Numbered from the stretch's first letter, positions 41,264-50,717 are shown. The stretch is 64,000 nucleotides of DNA from Alphaproteobacteria bacterium UBA2964 (GCA_905182615.1 CAJJCG010000016.1:8238-72237); one strand, 5' to 3'. Numbers and translations are program-made. The notes: a model not told the origin generated them from the sequence alone.

Positions 41264-42421
41264 ATGAGTGACCCGTTCTTCGACACCATCCCGGCTTTCA
41301 CCGAGTTCAAGGACGTCGTTCAGAAAGACCTATACCGGACATTGCCCGAAGATTGGCTGATCGGCGTCGCCGATGTCGTCGACTCCACAGGCGCTTTGCA
41401 GGCCGGGCGATACAAGGCTGTTAACACCGTTGGTGCCAGCGTTATATCCGCCATCATGAACCTTGATAGAGACGCCTCATTTCCTTTCGTCTTTGGCGGG
41501 GATGGTGCCGCTTTTGCCGTGCCCGAGAGCCGCCACGATGCCGCCGCCGATGCCCTCGCCGGATGCCAACGCTGGGCTGAGGAAGAAATCAATCTTCAAT
41601 TGCGGGCCGCTTTGGTTCCGGTTCGCGACGTCATTGCTGCAGGCAAACAGGTTCGCGTCGCCCGATTCCAGGTTTCACCGGGTGTTGCCTACGCAATGTT
41701 TTCAGGCGGTGGCATCGCCTGGGCAGATGCCGCAATGAAATCCGGGGATTATACGGTGGCCCTTGCGCCACCGGGCACCCGACCTGACCTCAACGGACTT
41801 TCTTGCCGCTGGCGACCAATGAAAGCACAAAATGGAGAAATATTATCTCTGCTAGTCTTGCCCCGCGATATCGGCACCGAAAGCGAATTTGCAGAGCTGG
41901 TCAAAGAAATTCTCGAGATCTTAAACCGCGAAGCCGAGCGTGACGGACATCCCGTCGCGCCAGATGGGCCGACCTATTCATGGCCACCTCAGGGGCTTGG
42001 TATTGAAGTCAGTGCGTCACGCGGTGCTAAATCAAAATTCAGCCGCGCGATCGCCATCATCGGCGAACAGACAATACCCTGTATTCTGGAACTTTTTGGT
42101 GGTCGGCTGAAACGCTTCGACCCAGCGCATTATAAGCTGGAAACAATGCAAAACACCGATTTTCGAAAATACGATGACGGGCTAAAACTGACCGTCGATT
42201 GCAAGACAGGAACAATCACCGAGATCGAGAAAATCCTATCAACGGCTCAAGAAGCCGGCACAGCGTTTTTCGGACTTTACCGGCAGGATAGCGCCGTGAT
42301 GACCTGCATTATCCCCTCACCTTTCACCAACGACCATATGCATTTTGTTGATGGCGGTTCGGGCGGTTATGCGCTGGCCGCCGTACAGCTCAAAAAAGCC
42401 ATAGCGGCAGCCAGCAAATAA
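41264..42421 (+). CDS. DUF3095-like protein with palm-domain (class III cyclase / GGDEF-like) motifs
   Basis: 385 aa; N-terminal IGVADVVDSTGAL and FVFGGDGAAFAV resemble the two Asp-containing metal-binding motifs of class III nucleotidyl cyclases and GGDEF domains. I believe it matches Pfam DUF3095 but cannot verify here. Confidence 0.55.
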   Translation: MSDPFFDTIPAFTEFKDVVQKDLYRTLPEDWLIGVADVVDSTGALQAGRYKAVNTVGASVISAIMNLDRDASFPFVFGGDGAAFAVPESRHDAAADALAGCQRWAEEEINLQLRAALVPVRDVIAAGKQVRVARFQVSPGVAYAMFSGGGIAWADAAMKSGDYTVALAPPGTRPDLNGLSCRWRPMKAQNGEILSLLVLPRDIGTESEFAELVKEILEILNREAERDGHPVAPDGPTYSWPPQGLGIEVSASRGAKSKFSRAIAIIGEQTIPCILELFGGRLKRFDPAHYKLETMQNTDFRKYDDGLKLTVDCKTGTITEIEKILSTAQEAGTAFFGLYRQDSAVMTCIIPSPFTNDHMHFVDGGSGGYALAAVQLKKAIAAASK

Positions 42422-42431
42422 ACTTGTATCG

Positions 42432-43541
42432 TTAGACGTGGTCTTCGAGCCAGTCCATCAGCATCGGCATCTGATGTACCCAGCAGTCATGGGAACAATG
42501 CACCGTGCCACCTTCCTTGGGGTCATCGTAGATATGCAACGTCTTGTCTTCAGCACCGATCTCGTTAAAGAGCTTCTTGGCGCCTTCAACATCCATCAAC
42601 TTGTCCATTGACCCGTGAGTCATGATGGTCGGCACTTTGATGTTTTGGGCAAGACCTTCCATCGAGAACTCCTTGAGCAACACTTTTGCTTCTTCATCCG
42701 TCACACCGCCCAGCAGGCGCTGGACGGTCGGTTGTAGGTGATCATAATGAAGATACAAATCATCAAGGATTGAATAGCAGCCACACCAAGAGATAAGCGC
42801 CTTGATACGATCTTCAAACGCGGCGACGCGCGGCGCGTAATAACCCGCCATCGAAATCCCCATCAGTGCCACACGATCAGGGTCGATCTCGGGCCGTGAG
42901 AAGAGATAATCAAAACAGGCCTTGCCCGGGACTTCGTAATCGGCCCGAGTCGGAATGTTCTTTACATACATTGAGGAGCCGCGGCCCGGGGTATCGACGA
43001 GCAACATCGCGTAGCCGCGCTCGCACAGCTCGCTGCCCCCAAAGTAAATCTCTTCAGCAAAGGCATCTGCGCCACCGATGAAGAAAACCGTCGGCCACTT
43101 CTCGCTTGTCGGATTGCGCGGGTGACAGAAATAACCCTCGTAAACCTCATCACCACAGGGGACTTCAATCACTTCAATCTTGGGATCGTTGTATTTTGCG
43201 CCCGCCTGAAAGCATTCCTGAGATTTTAAGAAGCGTTCACGCTTGTCATCATTACGCTCAATCGTCAGCAACACATCTGACATCCGCCAATACTGATTGG
43301 CGGCATAGAAATACTTCATCGCGGTGCGGGTATGACCAGCGGCTTCGGCTTTTTTGGCACGCGCCTCGGTTTCTTCGGCTTTGTCGATCCAGGCCTGTTC
43401 AAACGCATCTTTATCACCGGGCTTTATATCCTTCAGAACACGGGAGATTTCAAATACATCACCGCCACCAAAAGCTGCTTCAGCAACGGTTCTCAGGGTC
43501 TGTGACCCCATGCCTTCGGTGGGAAAAAGAAAGTCGATCAT
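42432..43541 (-). CDS. Alpha/beta hydrolase with N-terminal helical domain (DHPON-hydrolase / FrsA-like)
   Basis: Nucleophile elbow GISMAGYYA; about 120-aa N-terminal extension before the hydrolase core; 369 aa. Confidence 0.6.
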   Translation of the reverse strand: MIDFLFPTEGMGSQTLRTVAEAAFGGGDVFEISRVLKDIKPGDKDAFEQAWIDKAEETEARAKKAEAAGHTRTAMKYFYAANQYWRMSDVLLTIERNDDKRERFLKSQECFQAGAKYNDPKIEVIEVPCGDEVYEGYFCHPRNPTSEKWPTVFFIGGADAFAEEIYFGGSELCERGYAMLLVDTPGRGSSMYVKNIPTRADYEVPGKACFDYLFSRPEIDPDRVALMGISMAGYYAPRVAAFEDRIKALISWCGCYSILDDLYLHYDHLQPTVQRLLGGVTDEEAKVLLKEFSMEGLAQNIKVPTIMTHGSMDKLMDVEGAKKLFNEIGAEDKTLHIYDDPKEGGTVHCSHDCWVHQMPMLMDWLEDHV

Positions 43542-43595
43542 AATGCCTCCAGAGAAAAAATAATCAGTTGACCTATTTCTATCGCGGAAGCTGGC

Positions 43596-44783
43596 CTACG
43601 TCGAGATAGCGGGTGGACGATTTTGACTGATGGCGTACCAAAGCGTGACGCCGACCGCCAGAACCAGAAATGGAATGGCGCCAATATTGACAACATTCCA
43701 CCCGAAGAAATGCACCAACGCACCAGACGACAGGGACAACACCGACACAAAGCCGTAGATAAGAAAGTTCATAGCGCCCTGTGTTTTCGCTCTCTCTGAC
43801 ACGGTATAGGCCGTCGTCATCAGAGCGGTTCCTGCGGTAAAGGCGAAGTTCCAACCAATACCGAGCAACAACATTGATAACCAGAAATGGGCGACTTCGA
43901 CACCGAATAAGGCCACGCCGATACAAACGAATTGCAGGGTGAGACCCGCAATGATCATTTTGGTCTCGCCGAACTTTTGGATCAAATGTCCGGTCACAAA
44001 ACCCGGTGCGAACATCCCGAAGATGTGCCATTCGATGACTAAAGCAGTATCAGCAAACTGATGATGGGCATGCGCCATCGCGATAGGTGTCGCGGTCATA
44101 AGAAAGTTCATAACTCCCTGCGAAATCATTGCGGCAGTTGCTGCAACCAGAAACACCGGTTGCTTCATGATTTCCAGCATCGGGCGGCGGGGCCCAGCGC
44201 GCTCTTGGGGAGTTAGTTTCGGAATATCAAGAAATAGCAGAACCAGGATCGCCAGCAAAGTCACGCCCGTCAAAATAAGATAGGCGCCGACAAACGGAGT
44301 CGAGGTGACCATATGCTGCCCGATCTTCGCAGATTCCGGTCCAAGAAATCCTGACACCACACCACCCGCCAACACCAACGAGATCGCCTTGCTTTTATAA
44401 TCCGCACTAGCAACGTCTGCTGCTGCAAATCGGTAGAGCTGCGCAAAGCCAGCGAACAATCCAAACAGAAAGGCGCCAAAAGCAAACAACCAAAAATTCG
44501 ATTGCAAAACCGCATAGGCACTTATTAATCCGCTGACCACCCCGATCAATGAGCCAAGAATAAACCCAAATTTGCGTCCGACACGACGCATAAAAAGCGA
44601 CGCGGGGATGGTCATCACCGCCGTGCCAACAATTACCAACGATGTAGGCAAGGTCGCGAGCCCCTTATGCGAAGCAATGCTATAGGCAATCAGCGGGGCA
44701 GTAGCGATTAATAGCGACCGACCGGTTCCAAACAAAACCTGACAAGCTGCCAGGACAAGGACATTTCTTTTTTCTCTTGTCAT
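43596..44783 (-). CDS. MFS transporter
   Basis: 12 predicted TM helices; MFS motif A-like GRKFG between TM2 and TM3. Confidence 0.8.
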   Translation of the reverse strand: MTREKRNVLVLAACQVLFGTGRSLLIATAPLIAYSIASHKGLATLPTSLVIVGTAVMTIPASLFMRRVGRKFGFILGSLIGVVSGLISAYAVLQSNFWLFAFGAFLFGLFAGFAQLYRFAAADVASADYKSKAISLVLAGGVVSGFLGPESAKIGQHMVTSTPFVGAYLILTGVTLLAILVLLFLDIPKLTPQERAGPRRPMLEIMKQPVFLVAATAAMISQGVMNFLMTATPIAMAHAHHQFADTALVIEWHIFGMFAPGFVTGHLIQKFGETKMIIAGLTLQFVCIGVALFGVEVAHFWLSMLLLGIGWNFAFTAGTALMTTAYTVSERAKTQGAMNFLIYGFVSVLSLSSGALVHFFGWNVVNIGAIPFLVLAVGVTLWYAISQNRPPAIST

Positions 44784-44801
44784 GGCTGCGTCAACATCAC
44801 A

Positions 44802-45674
44802 CTAGGCCGAGAATCCAAACAACCGCACCGGATTGTCGATCAGAATTCTTCTTGCCATCGCTGCCGATCCTGACCAATTAATCATCTGCTGCAGTAGATC
44901 GGCGTCGTTAGGCATTACGCCTTTATAGTTGGGATGTGGCCAATTGCTACCCCATATCAGCCGATCCGGTCGTGCCTCGATCAAGGCTTCGACAAAGGGC
45001 CGCATATCATCGTAGGGCGCGCCGCTCTGTGACTGGCGGTACCAGCTGCTGAGTTTTACCCAGCAATTCTCGGTGTTTCGAACGAGATTTAGCAACGCCT
45101 CAAAACCCTCGCAGTCCGCGCCCTGCTTGCCAAGCGGGCGTCCCTGATGGTCGATCACAAAATCCGTGGGCATGGTTTCCAGTAACGGAGTAAACCCGAC
45201 CACCTCATCGACATTGCCAAAATGCAGCAACACCATCCAGCCGAGGTCTTTCGCTCTTTCTGCCATCGTCGTCAGATGTTCGGGCCCGTACCCAGCTTTG
45301 GAAATCGTCGACAGTCGTAACCCACAAATACCGGCATTCTTAAATGCTTCCAGCTCCGCATCCGAAACATCCGGCGGCACCAGCACGATACCCCTTCCCT
45401 GATCACCGAGCTTTTGCACAGCATCAACCGTAACCCGATTGTCATTGCCATGGGCGCTCCCCTGCACGATGACAGCGCGGTCGATGCCGACCACTTCCAT
45501 CATATTGCGAAAAGTTTCGATGGAGCATTCCTCGGGCGTATAGCCGCGGCGCTCAGACAGGGCGAACTTATCAAACGGCCCCATGATATGGACATGACAA
45601 TCGCAGGTACCGGCAGGCAATGCTGTCTTAGGCGCACGCCAGTTAGGATCAGGTGGCTGACAAGGTTCAGTCAT
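44802..45674 (-). CDS. Amidohydrolase-2 family protein (2-pyrone-4,6-dicarboxylate lactonase LigI-like)
   Basis: DCHVHI near the N-terminus and LIWGSNWPHP near the C-terminus, as in LigI-type lactonases; 290 aa. Confidence 0.7.
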   Translation of the reverse strand: MTEPCQPPDPNWRAPKTALPAGTCDCHVHIMGPFDKFALSERRGYTPEECSIETFRNMMEVVGIDRAVIVQGSAHGNDNRVTVDAVQKLGDQGRGIVLVPPDVSDAELEAFKNAGICGLRLSTISKAGYGPEHLTTMAERAKDLGWMVLLHFGNVDEVVGFTPLLETMPTDFVIDHQGRPLGKQGADCEGFEALLNLVRNTENCWVKLSSWYRQSQSGAPYDDMRPFVEALIEARPDRLIWGSNWPHPNYKGVMPNDADLLQQMINWSGSAAMARRILIDNPVRLFGFSA

Positions 45675-45777
45675 AACGCCATTTAAGGTCTAAACACGCG
45701 GCTTGTCGACGGGCCGACCTCAATGTTACGGTTTTCCCAATAATAAAAGAGAACGGACAAACAGGGAGAATTCAATC

Positions 45778-46812
45778 ATGGGTTCAAAATTACTTTTTGG
45801 GTCAGCAGCAGCTGTCGCATTAGCTGTGACATTTAGCATCACACACGTCAAAGCCGACGCAGTTGCTGATTACTTTAAGGGCCGCGTAGGGATTATGGCG
45901 GTCGGGTTTGGTCCCGGCGGCGGTTACGACAGATATTCCCGGCTCGTGGTCAATCATTTCGGCAAGCACATGCCGGGCAAGCCTATCTACGTACCTCAGT
46001 TCATGCCCGGTGGCGGCAGTCTTAAAATGGCGAACTACACCTACAACGTCAGCCCGAAAGACGGGTCTTTTATAGGACTTGCCTCGCCGATGTTGCCGAT
46101 CTTCCAACTCATCCGCAGCAAGGGCTTCAAGGTCGACGTCCGCAAGCTTAGCTGGATTGGCCGGCTCGCCACGCAAAAACACGTCATGATGGTCCGCAGT
46201 GACACCGGCATTAAAAATATTGACGATTTAAAGAAGACAGAAATCGTTGCTGCCGCTAGTGGCCTCGCCAGCCCCACGTATATGTTCCCGGCATTCCTCA
46301 ATAGTGTGCTCGGCACCAAATTCAAAATCATCAAAGGCTATAAGGGCTCCGCGGGAACACGCCTTGCGTTGGAACGAGGAGAAGCACAAGCGCTTACGTC
46401 GGGCTGGATTTCCTGGAAATCTAGCGTCCCGCAATGGATTGAAAGCAAGTTCATTATTCCGGTAGTCGAACTCGGCTTTGATAAATCGCCAGACCTTCCA
46501 AAGGACGTGCCGCTAATTCTTGATCTCGCCAAGACCAAGGCGGACCGAGAGTTTATGGAGTTTATGATGGGTCCAACCATCACCGGACGCGCGATCTTTG
46601 GACCGCCAGGAATTCCCAAAGCTCACCTCGATGCGTTGCGAACGGCTTATAGCAAGATGGTCAAGGACCCCGCCTTCCTCGCAGAAGCAAAAAGTCGCAA
46701 GGTTGAAATTCATCCAATGAGCGGTGCAGAAATCGCCAAACGAGTTACCCAAACCGCGTCCGCATCACCCGCTGTCGTAAAACGGGCCAAGGAAGCTCTC
46801 GGCTTTAAATAG
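45778..46812 (+). CDS. TctC/Bug-family substrate-binding protein (second orphan)
   Basis: Signal peptide and Bug-family profile. ATG at 45778 is preceded by CAGGGAGA; the track start at 45703 adds an unlikely N-terminal extension. Confidence 0.8.
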   Translation: MGSKLLFGSAAAVALAVTFSITHVKADAVADYFKGRVGIMAVGFGPGGGYDRYSRLVVNHFGKHMPGKPIYVPQFMPGGGSLKMANYTYNVSPKDGSFIGLASPMLPIFQLIRSKGFKVDVRKLSWIGRLATQKHVMMVRSDTGIKNIDDLKKTEIVAAASGLASPTYMFPAFLNSVLGTKFKIIKGYKGSAGTRLALERGEAQALTSGWISWKSSVPQWIESKFIIPVVELGFDKSPDLPKDVPLILDLAKTKADREFMEFMMGPTITGRAIFGPPGIPKAHLDALRTAYSKMVKDPAFLAEAKSRKVEIHPMSGAEIAKRVTQTASASPAVVKRAKEALGFK

Positions 46813-46837
46813 GCGACAGGCCTGATCTAAATGATCA

Positions 46838-46868
46838 CCCCGCTCGCCTCTGGCGGGCGGGGTTTTCT
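46838..46868 (+). terminator. Rho-independent terminator
   Basis: CCCCGCTCGCC-TCT-GGCGGGCGGGG hairpin (11 bp with one G-U) followed by TTTTCT, 26 nt after the TctC stop. Confidence 0.55.
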
Positions 46869-46896
46869 AACCGACATTTAACCTAAGAATAACGTT

Positions 46897-47967
46897 ATGA
46901 AGATTACCGACATCAAGCTTGAACCCTGCATTATGCGGAAAGAAGACCCTACTTGGCGCTTCGCGCTCGGTGCCAGCCCAATCACCGAAGGGCTGATTGT
47001 TTCCATCGAAACCGATGAAGAAATAACAGGCTATGGTTACGCCTCTGCCACCGCCCATATGGGCGCGAGTATGGAAGGCCTAACCGGAACGCTGGAACGG
47101 CTAATCCCGCATGTTAAAGAGCATGACGCCCTATCGATGGCATCCATCCGCGTCACCATGGACCGGGCCTTATCCGGGAATAATCAGGCGAAAGCCGCGA
47201 TCGATAACGCCCTTTTTGACCTTGCCGCCAAATCGATGAACGTGCCATTGCATCGTCTATTCGGCGGGGCCGTGCGCACAGAATTCCCCGTCCTGCGCAT
47301 TCTTGCGATTAAACAGCCCGATGAAATGGCCGAACAAGCACAAATACTCTTCGACCAAGGCTATCGCTATTTCAAAATCAAGGTTCATGGCGAGGTTGAT
47401 CTCGATATCGCCCGCGTTACCGCGATCCGCAAACGCCTCGGTGACGAAGCAAATCTGACAGTCGACGCCAATCAGGCCTACTCGCCAAAGGACGCCATCG
47501 CTGCCCTCAATGGCATGGCTGAGTACCGGATCGATCTTGTCGAACAACCTGTCGCCATCGATGACTATAAGGGCATGAAGCTGGTCACAGATTCCGTGCC
47601 GGTCACGGTCGAAGCAGATGAAAGCGCCGGTTCAATTCAAGAAGTCGCGTATTTGGTAGAACATCGAATTGTCGACGCCATCAGCCTGAAAGTCGCAAAA
47701 CTCGGTGGCCTCTGGAACACCCTGACCGCCGCACAAATTTGTAAAACCGGTAACATAAAATACCGATTTGGTGCCCATGTCGGTTCGCGTCTGCTCAATG
47801 CGCATGCCATGCAGCTGGCCGCCGCCTTGCCCGAAGTCTGGTATGCTAGTGAATTTGGTGAGTTTGCCCGGCTGCTTGATGATCCGTTTGAAGGCATCGA
47901 CGTCGAAGGGGGCATCATTCACCTGCCAGATGCCATCGGTGCGGGCGTTCAACCAATCGCGAGCTGA
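46897..47967 (+). CDS. Enolase-superfamily enzyme, mandelate racemase / muconate lactonizing enzyme (MR/MLE) family
   Basis: N-terminal capping domain, KxK motif FKIKVHGE, metal ligands D (TVDANQAY), E (DLVEQP), D in a TIM barrel of MR/MLE length. Confidence 0.8.
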   Translation: MKITDIKLEPCIMRKEDPTWRFALGASPITEGLIVSIETDEEITGYGYASATAHMGASMEGLTGTLERLIPHVKEHDALSMASIRVTMDRALSGNNQAKAAIDNALFDLAAKSMNVPLHRLFGGAVRTEFPVLRILAIKQPDEMAEQAQILFDQGYRYFKIKVHGEVDLDIARVTAIRKRLGDEANLTVDANQAYSPKDAIAALNGMAEYRIDLVEQPVAIDDYKGMKLVTDSVPVTVEADESAGSIQEVAYLVEHRIVDAISLKVAKLGGLWNTLTAAQICKTGNIKYRFGAHVGSRLLNAHAMQLAAALPEVWYASEFGEFARLLDDPFEGIDVEGGIIHLPDAIGAGVQPIAS

Positions 47968-47973
47968 TCAACG

Positions 47974-49386
47974 ATGAATAGAAAGAGTCTCAACGCTCTT
48001 TTGAAACCACGTTCAGTCGCCGTAGTCGGTGCGTCGCCACGCGCCAATGTTGGCGGGCGTATGTATCGCAATATGATCAACGCTGGGTTTGACGGACCGA
48101 TATTGCCGGTCAATCCAAATTACACCGAAATCGACGGTGCCCAATGTTTCCCAGACATTGATTCCCTGCCCATTGTACCGGATTGCGTGTCATTTGCGGT
48201 GCCGTATCAGGCAGTGTTTGAACCGTTGGAAGCGGCGGCTAGACGTGGCGTAAAATCCGCCGTTGTCGTGGCGGAAGGATTTGATGATGCCGCGACCGAC
48301 GAAGGGCGAGAGAGACAGAAACGGCTGGCAGAAATTGCCAATGACCACAACATGGCCGTTTCCGGACCAAACTGCATGGGCCTCATTAGCCTTAAGGCCA
48401 AATTCGCAACCGCTTTCACGAACCTACCTGAAGATCTCGTCACGGGGTCAGTTTCCGTCGTTTCGCAATCTGGCGGGCTCTTGAACGCGGTGATCGAACT
48501 TGGCCATAACCGCACGCTGGGTTTCAACTACCTGCTCTCCGCGGGTAATGAAGCGATCGTCAGTAGCGCGGACTTCATCGACTTCCTCGCCGACGACCCC
48601 GGGACGTCCGTCATCGTCAATATTGTCGAAGGCATAAAAGATGGCGATCGATATAGGCAGGCCCTTTCAAGGGCTGCCGCGCGCAAACCGGTGATTGTCC
48701 TCAAGCTCGGCCGAACCGATGCCGGACGGGGTGCTGCCCTTGCCCATACCGGCAATCTCGCTGGCGAGCAGGCGATTTACGATGCCGTGTTCCGTGAAAG
48801 CGGAGCAACACAGGTGCGAACTATTGATGAGCTGATCGAAACCGCAGCGTTCTTCTCGCGCGTCAAACCACCCAAAGGAGACCGTATCTTCGTGTTTTCA
48901 GTGTCCGGCGGCGCCACCGTCCTCGCCGGAGATCTCGCTCAAGACGCCGGGCTCAACATGCCCCCAATCAGCGCAAAGACCGACAAAGCGCTGCAGAAAA
49001 TTTTGGAAATCGCGCACCCATTTCAGAATCCGATGGACGTGGTCGGGGCGCCCCGGCTTGCCAAGGGCGATAATTTAACCCGCGTGCTCACTGTTCTTAA
49101 GGCTGATCCTAATTATGATCTTATCGCCTTCGTGATGGTTGCACAGCGCGAGCTGTCAGACAGCCATCATAAGTTACAGGAGCAGTACCAGGCTGTGGCC
49201 GAAAAATCGACAAAACCGATTGTGTTAATTTCAGAAATGAACTGGCAACCAGCGGAACGACCGACACTGGATGGGCCGTTCATTTCCGGCACGCTCGGTC
49301 TCGGCATGAAAGCTCTCAAGAGTCTGGTGGATTTCAGTGCCCACCGGCAGCAAAACGTAACACAGACGCGGGGAAAAAAAATGTGA
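47974..49386 (+). CDS. CoA-binding protein, acyl-CoA synthetase (ADP/NDP-forming) alpha-subunit-like
   Basis: N-terminal CoA-binding Rossmann (VAVVGAS...), succinyl-CoA-synthetase-like middle and ligase-CoA domains; 470 aa; no ATP-grasp beta partner in the window. Confidence 0.7.
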   Translation: MNRKSLNALLKPRSVAVVGASPRANVGGRMYRNMINAGFDGPILPVNPNYTEIDGAQCFPDIDSLPIVPDCVSFAVPYQAVFEPLEAAARRGVKSAVVVAEGFDDAATDEGRERQKRLAEIANDHNMAVSGPNCMGLISLKAKFATAFTNLPEDLVTGSVSVVSQSGGLLNAVIELGHNRTLGFNYLLSAGNEAIVSSADFIDFLADDPGTSVIVNIVEGIKDGDRYRQALSRAAARKPVIVLKLGRTDAGRGAALAHTGNLAGEQAIYDAVFRESGATQVRTIDELIETAAFFSRVKPPKGDRIFVFSVSGGATVLAGDLAQDAGLNMPPISAKTDKALQKILEIAHPFQNPMDVVGAPRLAKGDNLTRVLTVLKADPNYDLIAFVMVAQRELSDSHHKLQEQYQAVAEKSTKPIVLISEMNWQPAERPTLDGPFISGTLGLGMKALKSLVDFSAHRQQNVTQTRGKKM

Positions 49387-49443
49387 TAACCGGGTTTCCG
49401 GAATAGGCATGATTGCTGTTATAGTGACCACATATAAAAAGAG

Positions 49444-49464
49444 GTGAACCGCGAAGAAGTTCAC
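49444..49464. promoter_or_regulatory. Inverted repeat GTGAAC-N9-GTTCAC upstream of an ABC-transporter operon
   Basis: Perfect 6-bp arms with a 9-nt spacer, 43 nt upstream of the SBP start codon; candidate dimeric-regulator operator. Confidence 0.2.
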
Positions 49465-49506
49465 TCATATAGTTAAGATAAATTTATAAAACAGGAGGAC
49501 CTAAAG

Positions 49507-50646
49507 ATGAAAACGACATTCTTATCAAAAACAGGGCTGTTTGTTGGCGGCATGGCGCTGCTCGCCGCAGCAAGCTTACCAGCAACGGTTAGCGCGCAAT
49601 CTATCCTGACCTATAAAGGCAAAGACCGCGAAGCGAAGCTAATCGCAGGCGCCAAGAAAGAAGGTGCCCTCACCATTTATTCGGCTCTGACCGTTAATCA
49701 AGCCCTGCGCCCCTTGGCCGATGGTTTTCAGAAAAAATATCCGTTCATTAAGGTGGATTTTTGGCGTGGCTCGAGCCGCAAGATTGCCCAGAAAGTTCTC
49801 GCTGAACGCCGCGCTGACTCGTTGGTAGCCGACGTTCTAGAAGGCAGCGGTCTTTCACAGATAATGATCAAGGCGAAAGGGGTTGTTCCGTTTTCGACGC
49901 CATACGCAAACAACATCTCGAAGAAGTACCGTGATGAAAATAATCTCTGGGTTGCCAGCCGGTTTAGCTATTTCGGCACAGCCTATAACCAGAAAGTCAT
50001 TCCTGCCGGAACGCAGCCAAAGACTTACTCGGATCTGCTGAATCCTAAATGGAAGGGCAAGATCGCCTGGCGTATTGGATCAGAAACCGGCGCTTTACTG
50101 TTTATTTCCAATCTGCGCATGGCCATGGGTGAGAAATCTGCGACAGCCTATTTCGCCGAACTATCGAAGCAAGGTCTAATTAATTTCAAGGGCAGTGCAC
50201 GGACCCTGGTCAACCGAGTGGTCGAAGGTGAATACCCACTGGCCATTCAAATCTTTGCTCATCATCCGATTATCAGTGCCAAGAAGGGTGCCAAAATCGG
50301 CGTCCAGATGATGCAACCGATTCCGTCGGTCAACGGGACGATCATGGTCCCAAAGGGCGTCAAGAACGCTCACGCAGCGATGCTGTTCATTGATTATTAC
50401 CTGTCAAGAGCTGGCCAAAACGTTCTCAAAAAGGCGCGCTACTTCCCGGTGGTTACCGGCATTGACCCGCGCAAAGAGCTGACGTCGATCACGCCGCGTC
50501 TGGCAAATTTGAAAGAGAACTACGTGAAACCTGAGACCCTCTTCAAATTGCGTAAGGGCTCACAGAAAATCTTCAAAAAATACTTCAAGCACGGCAAGAC
50601 TGTCGTCGTGAAGCGTAAAAAGAAGAAGAAAAAGAACAAAAAATAA
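49507..50646 (+). CDS. ABC transporter substrate-binding protein, family 1 (Fe3+/thiamine-type), with poly-lysine C-terminal tail
   Basis: Signal peptide; SBP_bac_1-like; paired with a fused two-domain permease as in FbpABC/ThiBPQ-type systems. C-terminus VVVKRKKKKKKNKK. Confidence 0.75.
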   Translation: MKTTFLSKTGLFVGGMALLAAASLPATVSAQSILTYKGKDREAKLIAGAKKEGALTIYSALTVNQALRPLADGFQKKYPFIKVDFWRGSSRKIAQKVLAERRADSLVADVLEGSGLSQIMIKAKGVVPFSTPYANNISKKYRDENNLWVASRFSYFGTAYNQKVIPAGTQPKTYSDLLNPKWKGKIAWRIGSETGALLFISNLRMAMGEKSATAYFAELSKQGLINFKGSARTLVNRVVEGEYPLAIQIFAHHPIISAKKGAKIGVQMMQPIPSVNGTIMVPKGVKNAHAAMLFIDYYLSRAGQNVLKKARYFPVVTGIDPRKELTSITPRLANLKENYVKPETLFKLRKGSQKIFKKYFKHGKTVVVKRKKKKKKNKK

Positions 50647-50717
50647 ATAGTTCAACGTATCGTCCGCTCGGGGCTCAAAATGCCTCGGGCGGTCGTCGTT
50701 CTAGTGGGTACTAATCC

